In this document: positions 1 through 9,503 of the stretch, piece by piece
Layout of the letters: each line of letters starts with the position of its first letter
How positions within the stretch are numbered: the first letter of the stretch is position 1
DNA from: Legionellales bacterium
GTDB lineage: Bacteria; Pseudomonadota; Gammaproteobacteria; Legionellales; Legionellaceae
Length of the DNA stretch: 64,000 nucleotides
NCBI GenBank assembly: GCA_026399195.1
Contig: JAPLRK010000084.1
Location: forward strand, 2,116 to 66,115
Reading direction: 5' to 3'
The notes under the pieces: model-generated
The model's input: only the letters and a program-made list of their open reading frames with translations
The model's database searches: none
Told to the model about the DNA's origin: nothing
Program-made: the position numbers and the translations under genes

Positions 1-40
1 TAAACTGGTCGCTCAACTCTAAAATAGGAAACTTTAAGTT

Positions 41-949
41 ATGAAAATAGCAATACTGGCGACTAATCCTGCTTTGTACTCACATCAACGGTTGCTGTCT
101 GCTGGCGTTGCTGCAGGCCATGAGGTTCAGATCATCAATCCACTTCATTGTTATATGAATGTTGCGGTGTCATGTCCGCAGATTCATTATCGTGGAGGGG
201 AGCCTTTGGAGCATTTTGATGCGATTATTCCGCGGATTGGGGTGTCTAATACCTTTTATGGTACGGCTGTGTTGCGCCACTTAGAGACCATGGGGATTTA
301 TACGTTGAATGAGTCAATTGCTATTGCTCGTTCACGAGATAAATTTCGGGCGTTGCAATTGTTGGCGCGGAAGGGTATTCCCATGCCATTAACGGGGTTT
401 GCGCAATCGCCTGATAACACGACCGATTTGATTCGAATGGTGGGTGGTGCGCCGGTGGTCATCAAGTTATTGGAAGGAACCCAGGGCAAAGGAGTTGTCT
501 TGGCAGATAGTGAGCAATCGGCGGTGAGTATCATCAATGCTTTCAAAGGGATGCACGTCAACATTTTGGTTCAGGAGTTTATAGAAGAATCTTGTGGGAC
601 TGATCTCCGATGTTTTGTCATTGGTCATCAAGTCGTGGCTGCCATCAGGCGACAAGCCAAGGAAGGTGAGTTTCGTGCCAATGTTCATCAAGGAGGGCGT
701 GCCTTGAAAGTAAAATTGTCACGAGAAGAGCGCGCGATTGCAGTTGCTGCAGCAAAAGCGATGGGTTTGAAGGTGGCGGGAGTAGATCTGTTGCGTTCTA
801 ATCATGGGCCCTTGGTATTGGAGATCAACTCCTCTCCAGGGCTTGAGGCGATTGAAAATACAACTCAAATCAATATCGCAGGCAAAGTGATTCAATACAT
901 TGAAAAACATGCCAAGACTACTGGGGTACATAAACGGTTTCAGGGATAG
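41..949 (+). CDS. rimK: ATP-grasp ribosomal protein S6 glutamate ligase RimK
   Basis: 302-aa ORF. N-terminus [17 protein letters not shown] and ATP-grasp motifs ([42 protein letters not shown]) are typical of RimK. Confidence 0.85.
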   Translation: MKIAILATNPALYSHQRLLSAGVAAGHEVQIINPLHCYMNVAVSCPQIHYRGGEPLEHFDAIIPRIGVSNTFYGTAVLRHLETMGIYTLNESIAIARSRDKFRALQLLARKGIPMPLTGFAQSPDNTTDLIRMVGGAPVVIKLLEGTQGKGVVLADSEQSAVSIINAFKGMHVNILVQEFIEESCGTDLRCFVIGHQVVAAIRRQAKEGEFRANVHQGGRALKVKLSREERAIAVAAAKAMGLKVAGVDLLRSNHGPLVLEINSSPGLEAIENTTQINIAGKVIQYIEKHAKTTGVHKRFQG

Positions 950-978
950 TCCCTAGTGCCGCCCTAAAGGACTTGGCA

Positions 979-1218
979 CTAGTTATGGCGCTCGTCGCTT
1001 TTGCCCAATAGCCATTCAGCATTGACTTCCAATTCGTCTGCCAAGACTTTCAGCAAAGGCGCTTCTGGGTTGGTGTTTCCGTTGAGCAGAGATTCTGCTT
1101 TAAAGCGCGGCACTTTGAGTAGCTTTGCAAATATCTCGATTCGCTCCTCGCATCGTTCTGGGACGCCTATCTCATCCAATTCTTTATTGAGGCGTTCTGA
1201 AAATTGCTTGTTGCTCAT
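979..1218 (-). CDS. small Cro/C1-like helix-turn-helix protein
   Basis: 79-aa ORF with a C-terminal ..LADELEVNAEWLLGKSD motif typical of XRE-type HTH proteins. No closer assignment is possible. Confidence 0.5.
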   Translation of the reverse strand: MSNKQFSERLNKELDEIGVPERCEERIEIFAKLLKVPRFKAESLLNGNTNPEAPLLKVLADELEVNAEWLLGKSDERHN

Positions 1219-1291
1219 ATTCCCCCCACAGGTCTCGCCAATTGATCAGGTCATGTGATTGTTTATAGCACATAATGTATATTTTGCAAGA

Positions 1292-2284
1292 TCAATGGCA
1301 TGATCCAGTGGTGATATCAATGATGGCTTCAAGCCATGATTCGCTGTCATTAAGGCAAGGGATTAAGGTGAGTTCCTCTCCGCCTAAATCGAGCCATCTT
1401 TTTTTCATTCGAATGCCTATTTCCTCGAGCGTTTCTAAACAGTCTGAAACAAAGGATGGGCAAACGATGGCAAGACGTTTTTTCCCTTCAGCAGCCAATT
1501 CGCATAGCCTTTCATCGGTATAGGGTTTGATCCAGGGGGTTTTTCCCATACGTGATTGAAAGGCTGTTCCATAACGTTCCCAGTTTAGTCCTAGATGTTG
1601 TGCAACCAGTGCCGTTGTTTGTAGGCATTGTGTGCGATAGCATCCTTGGGCATTTTTGTCCGAGCATCGGACATCACAGAGAAATTGATCTTTGTTTGGG
1701 TGCAACTGATGAGAGGGGATCCCATGATAGCTGAACATCAGATAGTCGTGTTGTGGGATATAAGGTTCGACAAGGGTTGTAAGGGCTTTAATAAACCCAG
1801 GATGGTTGTGAAAATCTCGAATCACTTTGATGTTGGGTATGATTGATTTTGAGCTTAGAATTTCTAAGGTTTTTTCAATGGATGATCCTGTGGCTGCAGA
1901 CGAGTATTGTGGGTATAGGGGCAGAATGGTCAGGGTTTCACAGTCCTGCAATTGGTTGAGGGCATCGAGTAGACTCGGGTTGCCATAACGCATTCCCAAA
2001 ACAACTTTGTAATTTGACGCTAGACGGTGTTGCAATTTTTCAGCCATCTTTAGGCCATTAAGTAGCAGTGGTGAACCATGGGGGGTCCAGATGGTTTGAT
2101 ATGCATGAGTTGATCGTTTGGTTCGGAAGGGGAGAATGAAACCATAAAGCAAGAGGTAACGCAGAGGCGCCGGTAGGGAAATAACGCGCTTATCAGAGAG
2201 AAACTAACGCAAATAGCGTCTCACAGAAGAGATACTTGGATGATCCGGTGTTCCTAGATTAATCAGTAGCAAACCATTTTTCAT
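1292..2284 (-). pseudogene. hemH: ferrochelatase interrupted by an in-frame TAG at codon 27
   Basis: ATG at 2284 encodes MKNGLLLINLGTPDHPSISSVRRYLR, then TAG (2206..2204). The same frame continues FLSDKRVISLPAPLRYLLLYGFILPFR.. into the 286-aa ORF 1292..2152 (ferrochelatase body: QIWTPHGSPLL, LPLYPQYS, FSYHGIP). Confidence 0.75.
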
Positions 2285-2434
2285 GAGAAAACGTCATATT
2301 TTTCCAGGTTAGCGACTGTAACAGAATAACCTGTGCGCGGCAAAAAGAACGTCGCCTAAAAATCGCAATTTATGGCCGCGCACAGTATAACTTAGGGACG
2401 GGCTAGCCATTTTAGCGCGATCCTAAGCAACATT

Positions 2435-2662
2435 TTAGGCAGGTGCTTCTTCTAACTCATTGAGAGCTGAAACTTGAGAAGCATGCAGTCCTCGTTCTCC
2501 TTTTTCTAATTCAAAGTTCACCATTTGGCCTGCAAGAAGTGTTTTGTAGCCAACCCCCTCAATTGCCGTAAAATGAACAAAAATATCATCGCCACCCTCT
2601 TCAGGGACAATAAATCCCCAGCCTTTGGCATTGTTAAACCATTTGACTTCACCTTTTGCCAT
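2435..2662 (-). CDS. cspD: cold-shock domain protein, CspD-like
   Basis: [31 protein letters not shown].. carries the RNP1/RNP2 cold-shock motifs. NNAKG and the acidic C-terminal tail resemble CspD. AAGGAG lies 6 nt before the second ATG (2662), so the upstream ATG at 2677 is unlikely. Confidence 0.85.
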   Translation of the reverse strand: MAKGEVKWFNNAKGWGFIVPEEGGDDIFVHFTAIEGVGYKTLLAGQMVNFELEKGERGLHASQVSALNELEEAPA

Positions 2663-2793
2663 TATGTTCTCCTTCATCTATTTTGGTATTCTTCCATAAA
2701 CACCAGATCTATTTTTTATTAGTATCTCAAGCACGTAGGTGCACCACTTCATCCAATAACTTGCAAGAAATCCCCTCATCCGCCCTGCGGGCA

Positions 2794-2819
2794 CCTTCTC
2801 CCCATGTCTGGGGAGAAGG
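2794..2819. repeat. GC-rich perfect hairpin (11-bp stem, 4-nt loop), REP-like
   Basis: ccttctcccca-tgtc-tggggagaagg lies between the mscK-like stop and the cspD upstream region. A degenerate relative (cttcccctcggggagaagg) sits at 56698..56717. Confidence 0.45.
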
Positions 2820-2899
2820 GAATAGGGAAGGAAGTTATTTGGAAGAGTCTATTAACATACAACAAAAGTGATTTCATTCTCAATGTTTTTTTAAAGTTT

Positions 2900-5158
2900 C
2901 TAAGGATCAGGTGTTTTTAGGTTGAGGTGAATTTCACTTTGTGGGAAAGGCATGATGAGGTTGTGCAGACGAAAGGCTTTATCGATGGCATAATGTAAGT
3001 CACTTCGAACGAGGGATTTTTTGTTGACATCCTTTATCAAACAGGAGAGTTGAAACATTAGGGCGCTATTTCCAAAGGAGCGAAACAATACAACGGGCTT
3101 GTGACGATTGGATTTTACCACTTCTTCATGAAGAAGGGCCACTTCCATCAGGACATCATGAACCTTTTGCGTATCACTGCCATAGGCTACGCCGACTTCA
3201 CAATCGATACGACAAAATTTATCGCTGAACATGTAATTGGTCACTCGATGGGTGATTAAATCGGAGTTCGGTACAATGATATCCTCGCGGGAGGGGGTGA
3301 TAATTTGTGTCGAACGCACGCGAATTTTTTTTACAAATCCTTCCACGCCATCTACGTTGATCCGATCACCTGGTCTGATGGGTTTTTCAATCAGTAAAAT
3401 CAATCCTGATACAAAGTTGTTCACAATGCTTTGTAGTCCAAGGCCGATACCCACGGAGAGTGCACCCGCGATGATGGCAAGGCCTGTAAAATCAAATCCT
3501 GCTACGAGAAGGCCGGTGATAAGGGCGAGGGTGAATCCTACGTAGGTGAGGATGGAGGCGACAGCCACTTGAGTTTCTTCTTCATTTTCAAATTGTTGGT
3601 GCCGACTGATGGCGGTTGAGATGGCACAAGACAGCAAATAAAGTAGGCAGAACACAATCATGCCAGAGATGATTCGAGTGGGATATATCGTGACATTGGC
3701 AAGATGAACACCGTGTAACAGTTGGTCATAGATGATTTCAATCAGATCGGTCGCAAAGCCCCAACTTTGTCCTATCCAATAAATACTGATAGACCATACT
3801 AAAAGTTGTGCAATGGTCTTTAAAATTAAAAATTCTGTAAATACCTCATCTTTTTTGTATCCAAAATAGGTCATCATGCGTGATTTGAGATTGGGGTTTT
3901 GGCTCAACAGCAGGTAGAGTTTTTGGATGCCTTGTGTGATAAGCACCGTGATGAAAAGATTAGTGAATGTTGAGAATCCAGAGAAAATCAAGTGTTGTGC
4001 GAGGGTATGGTAGCCCAAAATATTGATGGTGGCGCAAGTGATGAGAAATAAGGCGCTGAATGTCTGGATCATTTTGAAATGGTTTCTGATCCAGTGAAAG
4101 TGGTGGTGTTTACAAAATCGGTAAATGAAATAAGATCCTGTGATGAGGATGAGCAGAAGAAACAGAGATTGACACAATTGCCATAAGGGACCATTGGTGT
4201 TGACAGAAATGGAAAACAATTGCTCAATGAAGGCGCAGGCATAGAAACTAAGGACGACGATAGCAAACAATTGGAAGAAAGTGGCATCTAGCGAATACCA
4301 ATAAAAGAGAGATCGTATGCTTTTCAGTTTGAATATAAACAGGAGTGAAATGACGGCGAGCAGATAGAAGAACACAAGTTCTGATAGGGCAAGCAGGAGA
4401 CTGGAGATGGATAATTCTTTGGAGAGCATCAATAAATCCACAAACAAGGCGCCAGAGCTGAAGAAAAGGGTTAAGAGGATGATGTGACTGAGAGATACTT
4501 GTTTGAATTTTAAATGAGCGCGCGCAAAACGGCTTTTATTGAAATGTTTTAAAAGGAGGATGGAGCCAGTGGCTGCAAGGAGGATCCAGAGTAATCCGTG
4601 GACGAGTGAAGGTAGGGCCGATGAGAGTTGAATCGTGAATAAATCCATGAATTTGATTTCGGCGGCATCTAGCGATAGGTTGATGGTTTTCCATAAGGGC
4701 ATGCCGCGGGTAAGCGCTTCAGTTTGTTTTAATTGCGCAATGGCTATTTTGTAGGCATCAATAGCCTCTTTGGCGCGGATGGTAAATAGCCTACATTGTG
4801 CTTGTTCGTCGGCCAGTTCTTTTTGTTGCGTATTGAGATAAACGAGATCAGCACCTTGCGATGACTTGTCAATAGGATTGCTGTCTTGCTTGATCATGGT
4901 CTCGACATTGATGATTTTTTTTTGAACATCGTCAACGCATTTTTCGGCTTTGGTGGTGAGTTTTGTGAGGGTGTTCACAGCACCGTCTAAGTTAGAAAGA
5001 TTTAAATTGTGCACAGAAAGTTGAAGATTGATTTTATCAAATTGCATGTTGGCTTTTTTGATATCGAATGTTTGGAGCATGCCATTCATGGGGGTGGCAA
5101 AACTTGTGTTAAAACAAAGAAAAAATAGATAAGGAATTGTAAAATATCGCATGCTCAT
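2900..5158 (-). CDS. MscS-family mechanosensitive channel, MscK/KefA-like large form
   Basis: 752 aa with a signal-like N-terminus, a coiled periplasmic segment and about 10 TM helices. C-terminal MscS core: GLGLQSIVNNFVSGLILLIEKPIRPGDRINVDGVEGFVKKIRVRSTQI. Confidence 0.8.
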   Translation of the reverse strand: MSMRYFTIPYLFFLCFNTSFATPMNGMLQTFDIKKANMQFDKINLQLSVHNLNLSNLDGAVNTLTKLTTKAEKCVDDVQKKIINVETMIKQDSNPIDKSSQGADLVYLNTQQKELADEQAQCRLFTIRAKEAIDAYKIAIAQLKQTEALTRGMPLWKTINLSLDAAEIKFMDLFTIQLSSALPSLVHGLLWILLAATGSILLLKHFNKSRFARAHLKFKQVSLSHIILLTLFFSSGALFVDLLMLSKELSISSLLLALSELVFFYLLAVISLLFIFKLKSIRSLFYWYSLDATFFQLFAIVVLSFYACAFIEQLFSISVNTNGPLWQLCQSLFLLLILITGSYFIYRFCKHHHFHWIRNHFKMIQTFSALFLITCATINILGYHTLAQHLIFSGFSTFTNLFITVLITQGIQKLYLLLSQNPNLKSRMMTYFGYKKDEVFTEFLILKTIAQLLVWSISIYWIGQSWGFATDLIEIIYDQLLHGVHLANVTIYPTRIISGMIVFCLLYLLSCAISTAISRHQQFENEEETQVAVASILTYVGFTLALITGLLVAGFDFTGLAIIAGALSVGIGLGLQSIVNNFVSGLILLIEKPIRPGDRINVDGVEGFVKKIRVRSTQIITPSREDIIVPNSDLITHRVTNYMFSDKFCRIDCEVGVAYGSDTQKVHDVLMEVALLHEEVVKSNRHKPVVLFRSFGNSALMFQLSCLIKDVNKKSLVRSDLHYAIDKAFRLHNLIMPFPQSEIHLNLKTPDP

Positions 5159-5343
5159 CCCGGCTGATTGCGCGATAAAAGGTTCACTCTACTGCCTTGT
5201 GACGTTGAACTCAAGGGGTACGCACCTCTTTTTTAGGCTTTATTTTGCACTATATTAACGCAATTTGTGATAAACGCGCCATTGTTGGTTTCCTGGTATA
5301 TAATGAAAGTAGGAATGGATTGATGTGAATGGGGGGGGATTTT

Positions 5344-5907
5344 ATGGTAAGAGATACCTCGTTGGCGAATCATTTATTGATTGCCACGCCTTCGATTGCC
5401 GATCCTAATTTCAAGAAATCGGTGATCTATGTCTGTGAGCATCATATCCAGGGAACGGTTGGGCTGATCATCAATAGGCCTATGCAATATCCGTTAGGGT
5501 TGGTTTTTGACCAGCTACATATTGAGCCTATCCGTGTTGAAAGTAATCGCCTGCCTTTGTTGTTTGGAGGGCCTATACAGCCTGAGAGGGGGTTTGTGAT
5601 CCATCGCCCCTTAGGAGAGTGGCGCTCAAGTCTTGCGCTTCAAGAAGGCGTGACGGTGACGACCTCGAATGATATCATTCGTGCCATCGCAAGCGATACA
5701 GGTCCTAAAAATGTCTTGGTGGCCTTAGGCTATGTGGCTTGGGGTGAAAATCAATTGAACCAGGAAGTGATGGATAATGCTTGGTTGGTTTGTCCTTTTA
5801 AGCCTGAATTATTATATGATGTTCCTTTTGAACAACGTTGGGAGTCTGCTGGTTTGACGATTGGGGTAAAAATGAATCAACTCACGTCTGGTGTGGGCCA
5901 TGCCTGA
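5344..5907 (+). CDS. yqgE: YqgE/AlgH family protein (UPF0301)
   Basis: LANHLLIATPSIADPNFKKSVIYVCEHH..GTVGLIINRP is the family signature. A G-rich RBS precedes the second ATG (5344); the ORF opens at 5329. Confidence 0.8.
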   Translation: MVRDTSLANHLLIATPSIADPNFKKSVIYVCEHHIQGTVGLIINRPMQYPLGLVFDQLHIEPIRVESNRLPLLFGGPIQPERGFVIHRPLGEWRSSLALQEGVTVTTSNDIIRAIASDTGPKNVLVALGYVAWGENQLNQEVMDNAWLVCPFKPELLYDVPFEQRWESAGLTIGVKMNQLTSGVGHA

Positions 5908-6322
5908 CGGAGTATATCTTGGGTTTGATTTTGGATATCGGAGAATCGGCGTCTCTGTTGGACAAATGTTGACACACAGCGCATCCCCTCTATCTACACT
6001 GGCGGCAGTTTCGGGTGTGCCGCGGTGGGAAATGATTGCAGCCTTGTTGGCAGAATGGCAGCCACAGGCTTTGATAGTAGGCATACCGACCCATATCGAT
6101 GACAGTGAACAATACACGACTGCTGCAGCGCGCGGTTTTGCGCGTCAATTACGAAAACGATTTGCTCTTCCCGTTCATTTGGTGGATGAGCGCTTGACCA
6201 CTGTAGAGGCTCGGGCTTATTTGTTCGAGCAAGGTGGATACCGTCACATCAAAAAAGCAGAAATTGACAGCATCGCTGCCTGTGTCATACTTGAACAATG
6301 GCTGCAAGGAGGACCAAGATAA
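5891..6322 (+). CDS. ruvX: putative pre-16S rRNA nuclease / Holliday junction resolvase-like RuvX (YqgF)
   Basis: YLGFDFGYRRIGVSVG...VDERLTTVEA motifs. It overlaps the yqgE stop, as in the conserved yqgE-yqgF pair. Confidence 0.85.
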   Translation: MWAMPDGVYLGFDFGYRRIGVSVGQMLTHSASPLSTLAAVSGVPRWEMIAALLAEWQPQALIVGIPTHIDDSEQYTTAAARGFARQLRKRFALPVHLVDERLTTVEARAYLFEQGGYRHIKKAEIDSIAACVILEQWLQGGPR

Positions 6323-6326
6323 CATC

Positions 6327-7265
6327 ATGAGGCATTTTTTAGACATCACCCAATTGACACTTCTCGAAGCAAACACGCTGATTTCCAGAGCTCAGTTCTT
6401 TAAAAAAACATCACAATATCCTTCTTTTCGTACCTCACCCATGGCCAATTTGTTTTATGAAAACAGCACACGCACGCGTGTGAGTTTTGAATTGGCGGCA
6501 CGACATTTGGAGATGCCTGTGGTGAATTTGGATGGGCAGGGCTCATCGGAAAGTAAGGGAGAAGTGATTCAGGACACGGTGAACAATTTAAGCGCCATGG
6601 GTGTCAAGCTCTTTGTTATTCGACATGCCGAAGAAGGATTGCCTGAGCGGATAGCGGGGCTTTGTGGTGAAAGAAGCGCCATCGTGAATGCCGGAGATGG
6701 GACGCATGCACATCCGAGCCAAGCCATGCTCGATCTCATGACCATCATTGAGCAGAAACCGGATCTTTCTCGCCTTAAAATAGCGATAGTGGGTGATATC
6801 CGTCACTCAAGAGTGGCCAATTCTTTCCAGCATGCCTGTGCTTTGATGGGGGTTGGACAATTGATGTTGATCGCTCCAACCCTTTGGCAGCCGCAATCGA
6901 TCCATTATGGACAATTCACTGATTCTTTGCAGGAGGGCTTGGCTAATGCTGATGTGGTCATTGGCCTGCGAGTTCAAAAAGAGCGTCTGAAAGCCTCAGA
7001 GCAGATGAATTTGGAACATTATCATCGAGCGTATGGCATCACCCAAGAGAGCCTTAAAACTTCAAAAAAAGAGGTGATGGTGATGCATCCGGGCCCTATC
7101 AATCGGGGGATTGAAATGGACAGTGACGTGGCGGATGGTCCTCATTCTTATATTTTGCAACAGGTAAAGAATGGGGTGTTTATGCGCATGGCTATTCTTG
7201 ACTGGAGTTTGGACCAACCACGATCTAATACGAGCCCGCCCGAACCCGATCAATCTGATTTCTGA
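6327..7265 (+). CDS. pyrB: aspartate carbamoyltransferase catalytic subunit
   Basis: MRHFLDITQL..FYENSTRTRVSFELAARHL..HPSQAMLDL..HPGPINRG. The start is taken at ATG 6327 because the upstream ORF extension overlaps ruvX. The last 17 or so codons are encoded by an inverted-repeat arm. Confidence 0.85.
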   Translation: MRHFLDITQLTLLEANTLISRAQFFKKTSQYPSFRTSPMANLFYENSTRTRVSFELAARHLEMPVVNLDGQGSSESKGEVIQDTVNNLSAMGVKLFVIRHAEEGLPERIAGLCGERSAIVNAGDGTHAHPSQAMLDLMTIIEQKPDLSRLKIAIVGDIRHSRVANSFQHACALMGVGQLMLIAPTLWQPQSIHYGQFTDSLQEGLANADVVIGLRVQKERLKASEQMNLEHYHRAYGITQESLKTSKKEVMVMHPGPINRGIEMDSDVADGPHSYILQQVKNGVFMRMAILDWSLDQPRSNTSPPEPDQSDF

Positions 7266-7545
7266 GCCAATTTGGTCAGCATCATAATGATTCGAATCAA
7301 TAATTCACGGCGGCCTTTTTGATAATTGTCTTCATATATCATATCTAATCGTTTAGCGACATCAAGTATTGCGGCAGTTTCTGTGCCTGAGCGTTCTGCC
7401 ATACGATAGAACCTACTTTTTTCATTCATTAAAAAGTGGGAAAATACGGCCGTTACAGAAAAAATGACCGCATAATCAGATAAATGTTGTTGTAATGAAA
7501 ACCAAACCGGGTTCGGGCGGGCTCGTATTAGATCGTGGTTTGTCC
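7211..7545. mobile_element. inverted-repeat-bounded insertion resembling an rRNA intervening sequence or MITE
   Basis: Arms 7211..7248 and 7508..7545 are reverse complements: 38 nt with 1 mismatch, including a 33-nt perfect core at 7216..7248 / 7508..7540. The about 260-bp AT-rich interior carries a remnant four-helix-bundle-like frame. Confidence 0.55.
7250..7429 (-). CDS. 59-aa ORF, possible remnant of a four-helix-bundle (23S rRNA IVS protein-like) gene
   Basis: MNEKSRFYRMAERSGTETAAILDVAKRLDMIYEDNYQKGRRELLIRIIMMLTKLAQKSD fits the pattern of the C-terminal two helices of that family. The frame stays open upstream to 7570 without a start codon. Pattern recognition only. Confidence 0.3.
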   Translation of the reverse strand: MNEKSRFYRMAERSGTETAAILDVAKRLDMIYEDNYQKGRRELLIRIIMMLTKLAQKSD

Positions 7546-9069
7546 AAATTCCAGTTCTTGAGCAATTGGCTTAAACGATTGTTTGAAGGACAACGCTTGC
7601 TGAAGATCCACCAATTCTGCTTTATCAGATGAGCGAATATCGGCAATGGTGCGTGCTACTTTCAATAGCCGGTGAAATGCGCGAGCTGACAGTTTGAGTC
7701 GACTTAACGTCTTCCCTAAAAAAGCTTGCTCTTGCTCACCCAACGCACAAACAACTTCGCACTCTTTTGCGCTGAGTTTTGCGTTGTAACAGCCTTGTCT
7801 TTTGAGCTGTAAAGCACGGATGAGCGCGACTTTCTGTCTGATCACCTCACTTTCAAAAGCTTGCGCTTTGTTGGGTTGAACCAATTCCTCAGCTGTCAGT
7901 GCGTGCACACAAACTTGCATATCGATTCTGTCAAGTAAGGGGGCGGATAATTTCGCAAGATAACGATTGATTCGATCAGGTGAGCACAAACAATGTGCCT
8001 GAGGGTTTCCCCATTGACCGCAAGGGCAGGGATTCATGGCGGCCACTAATTGAAAATTTGCTGGGAATTCTGTTTGAATGGCTGCTCTTGAAATGCAGAT
8101 ATTGCCTGACTCCAGAGGTTCTCTTAAGGTTTCAAGGACATTCCGATGAAATTCAGGTAGTTCATCAAGGAACAAAACGCCATGGTGGGCAAGAGAAATT
8201 TCCCCGGGTTTTGGGGGATTGCCGCCCCCGACGAGTGCCACGGGGGATGCAGTATGATGAGGAGCACGAAAGGGGGGATCTCGCCAATGGCTAAATTGTG
8301 TGGCGCGGCCTCGGACGGAGTTTATGGCAGCACATTCCAAAGCATCTGTTTCGGATAATTCAGGTAAAAGGGTGCTGAATCGTTTGGCTAACATGGTTTT
8401 ACCACTGCCGGGCGGTCCGGTTAACAAAATACTGTGACTCCCGCAAGCCGCAATCACCATCGCGAGCTTGGCATGATGCTGGCCTTTGACATCAGACCAG
8501 TCCATTTCCTGCTCATCACGTATTTTTTCAGGACGCCGCGGCAGGGGAGATAAGGGGGTTCCTAGGCATAAATAAGCGCAAACCTCACGAAGATTCTCAG
8601 CGCTTAATACGCCCTCATGTCCCGCGAGGGAGGCCTCTTCGGCATTGGCATGGGCGATGATGAGTGTTTGTTTATCCCGATGGGCCGCAAGGACCACAGG
8701 GAGAATAGCTGACACGCCTCTCAGGTTGCCGTTCAGAGCTAATTCGCCAATGAATTCATGGGAGCTCAGCTTTGATGAAGGAATTTGACCGGATGCCGCA
8801 AGGATGCCTATGGCGATGGGCAAATCCAAACCGCTGCCAGATTTGGGTAAATCAGCCGGTGCGAGATTCACGGTAATTTTACGGCATGGGAATTCAAATT
8901 GACTGTTGATGATGGCACTGCGCACTCTATCTTTGCTTTCCTTCACCGCGGTCTCTGGAAGCCCCACGATGGTAAAGGCAGGTAAACCATTGGATAAATG
9001 AACTTCAACAATGACCGGTTGTGCGAGAATGCCAAGGGCACTTCGCGTCTTGCTCATTGCAAGGTTCAT
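7528..9069 (-). CDS. comM: Mg-chelatase-like AAA+ protein ComM/YifB
   Basis: 513 aa with an N-terminal Lon-protease-like fold (VEVHLSNGLPAFTIVGLPETAVKESKDRV), Walker A LTGPPGSGKTM and GVLFLDELPEF. The last 5 codons lie in the right inverted-repeat arm. Confidence 0.85.
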   Translation of the reverse strand: MNLAMSKTRSALGILAQPVIVEVHLSNGLPAFTIVGLPETAVKESKDRVRSAIINSQFEFPCRKITVNLAPADLPKSGSGLDLPIAIGILAASGQIPSSKLSSHEFIGELALNGNLRGVSAILPVVLAAHRDKQTLIIAHANAEEASLAGHEGVLSAENLREVCAYLCLGTPLSPLPRRPEKIRDEQEMDWSDVKGQHHAKLAMVIAACGSHSILLTGPPGSGKTMLAKRFSTLLPELSETDALECAAINSVRGRATQFSHWRDPPFRAPHHTASPVALVGGGNPPKPGEISLAHHGVLFLDELPEFHRNVLETLREPLESGNICISRAAIQTEFPANFQLVAAMNPCPCGQWGNPQAHCLCSPDRINRYLAKLSAPLLDRIDMQVCVHALTAEELVQPNKAQAFESEVIRQKVALIRALQLKRQGCYNAKLSAKECEVVCALGEQEQAFLGKTLSRLKLSARAFHRLLKVARTIADIRSSDKAELVDLQQALSFKQSFKPIAQELEFGQTTI

Positions 9070-9101
9070 GGTTGGACTCGATGTGAGGTTGGAAAACCAT
9101 C

Positions 9102-9347
9102 TTACTCGATTGAAGATGATTTTGCATTCATTTCAGTTTCCAAGGCCTCAAGTTTTTCTCTAGTGCGTGCCAACACTTTGACTTGCACATCAAATTCTTC
9201 ACGAGTAACCAAGTCCATCCGAGCGAAAGTGGCATTCAAAATATCTTTGAAGGTTTGTTTGATCTCGCTCTCAACGTTTTGTAGCCCGACGGGCAAGGCT
9301 TTGAATAGCGATTTTGCCAAATCTTCAATATTTTTTGTGTCAAGCAT
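9102..9347 (-). CDS. ubiK: ubiquinone biosynthesis accessory factor UbiK (YqiC/BMFP family)
   Basis: 81-aa coiled-coil protein; ..FARMDLVTREEFDVQVKVLARTREKLEALE is the family core. Confidence 0.7.
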   Translation of the reverse strand: MLDTKNIEDLAKSLFKALPVGLQNVESEIKQTFKDILNATFARMDLVTREEFDVQVKVLARTREKLEALETEMNAKSSSIE

Positions 9348-9448
9348 GACGCTTCTCTAGAAAGGGAGGAGAAAAAATTCTACCAAATCTTGGGGTAAAC
9401 AGCCAGTGCAGTTTTGGGGACAATCTGGAGAAAAGTTACTTGGCCCTC

Positions 9449-9477
9449 TTGATTTCTGGTTCTTTTTTTGATAATAT
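9449..9477 (+). promoter_or_regulatory. candidate sigma70 promoter for the 2060-aa gene
   Basis: TTGATT, 17 nt, TAATAT, about 27 nt upstream of ATG 9504. No clear Shine-Dalgarno follows, so the start codon is uncertain. Confidence 0.3.
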
Positions 9478-9503
9478 AGTCGGTTTTTAACCAGTATTTA
9501 AAC

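Noticed and set aside
2331-2385. Inverted repeat ctgtgcgcggc / gccgcgcacag downstream of cspD as a Rho-independent terminator.
   Set aside because: The 11-bp stem encloses a 33-nt loop and the T-tract is poor. It may be a REP-like element or a terminator, but the evidence is insufficient to annotate either.
2656-2871. 71-aa plus-strand ORF (..PSSALRAPSPHVWGEGNREG..) between cspD and the mscK-like gene.
   Set aside because: It is the translation of the GC-rich palindromic element and of the cspD upstream region. It has no RBS and overlaps the cspD start, so it is treated as non-coding.
6234-6326. N-terminal extension of pyrB suggested by the ORF track (start 6234).
   Set aside because: The extension overlaps the 3' end of ruvX in another frame. 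Conserved ATCase sequence begins right after ATG 6327.
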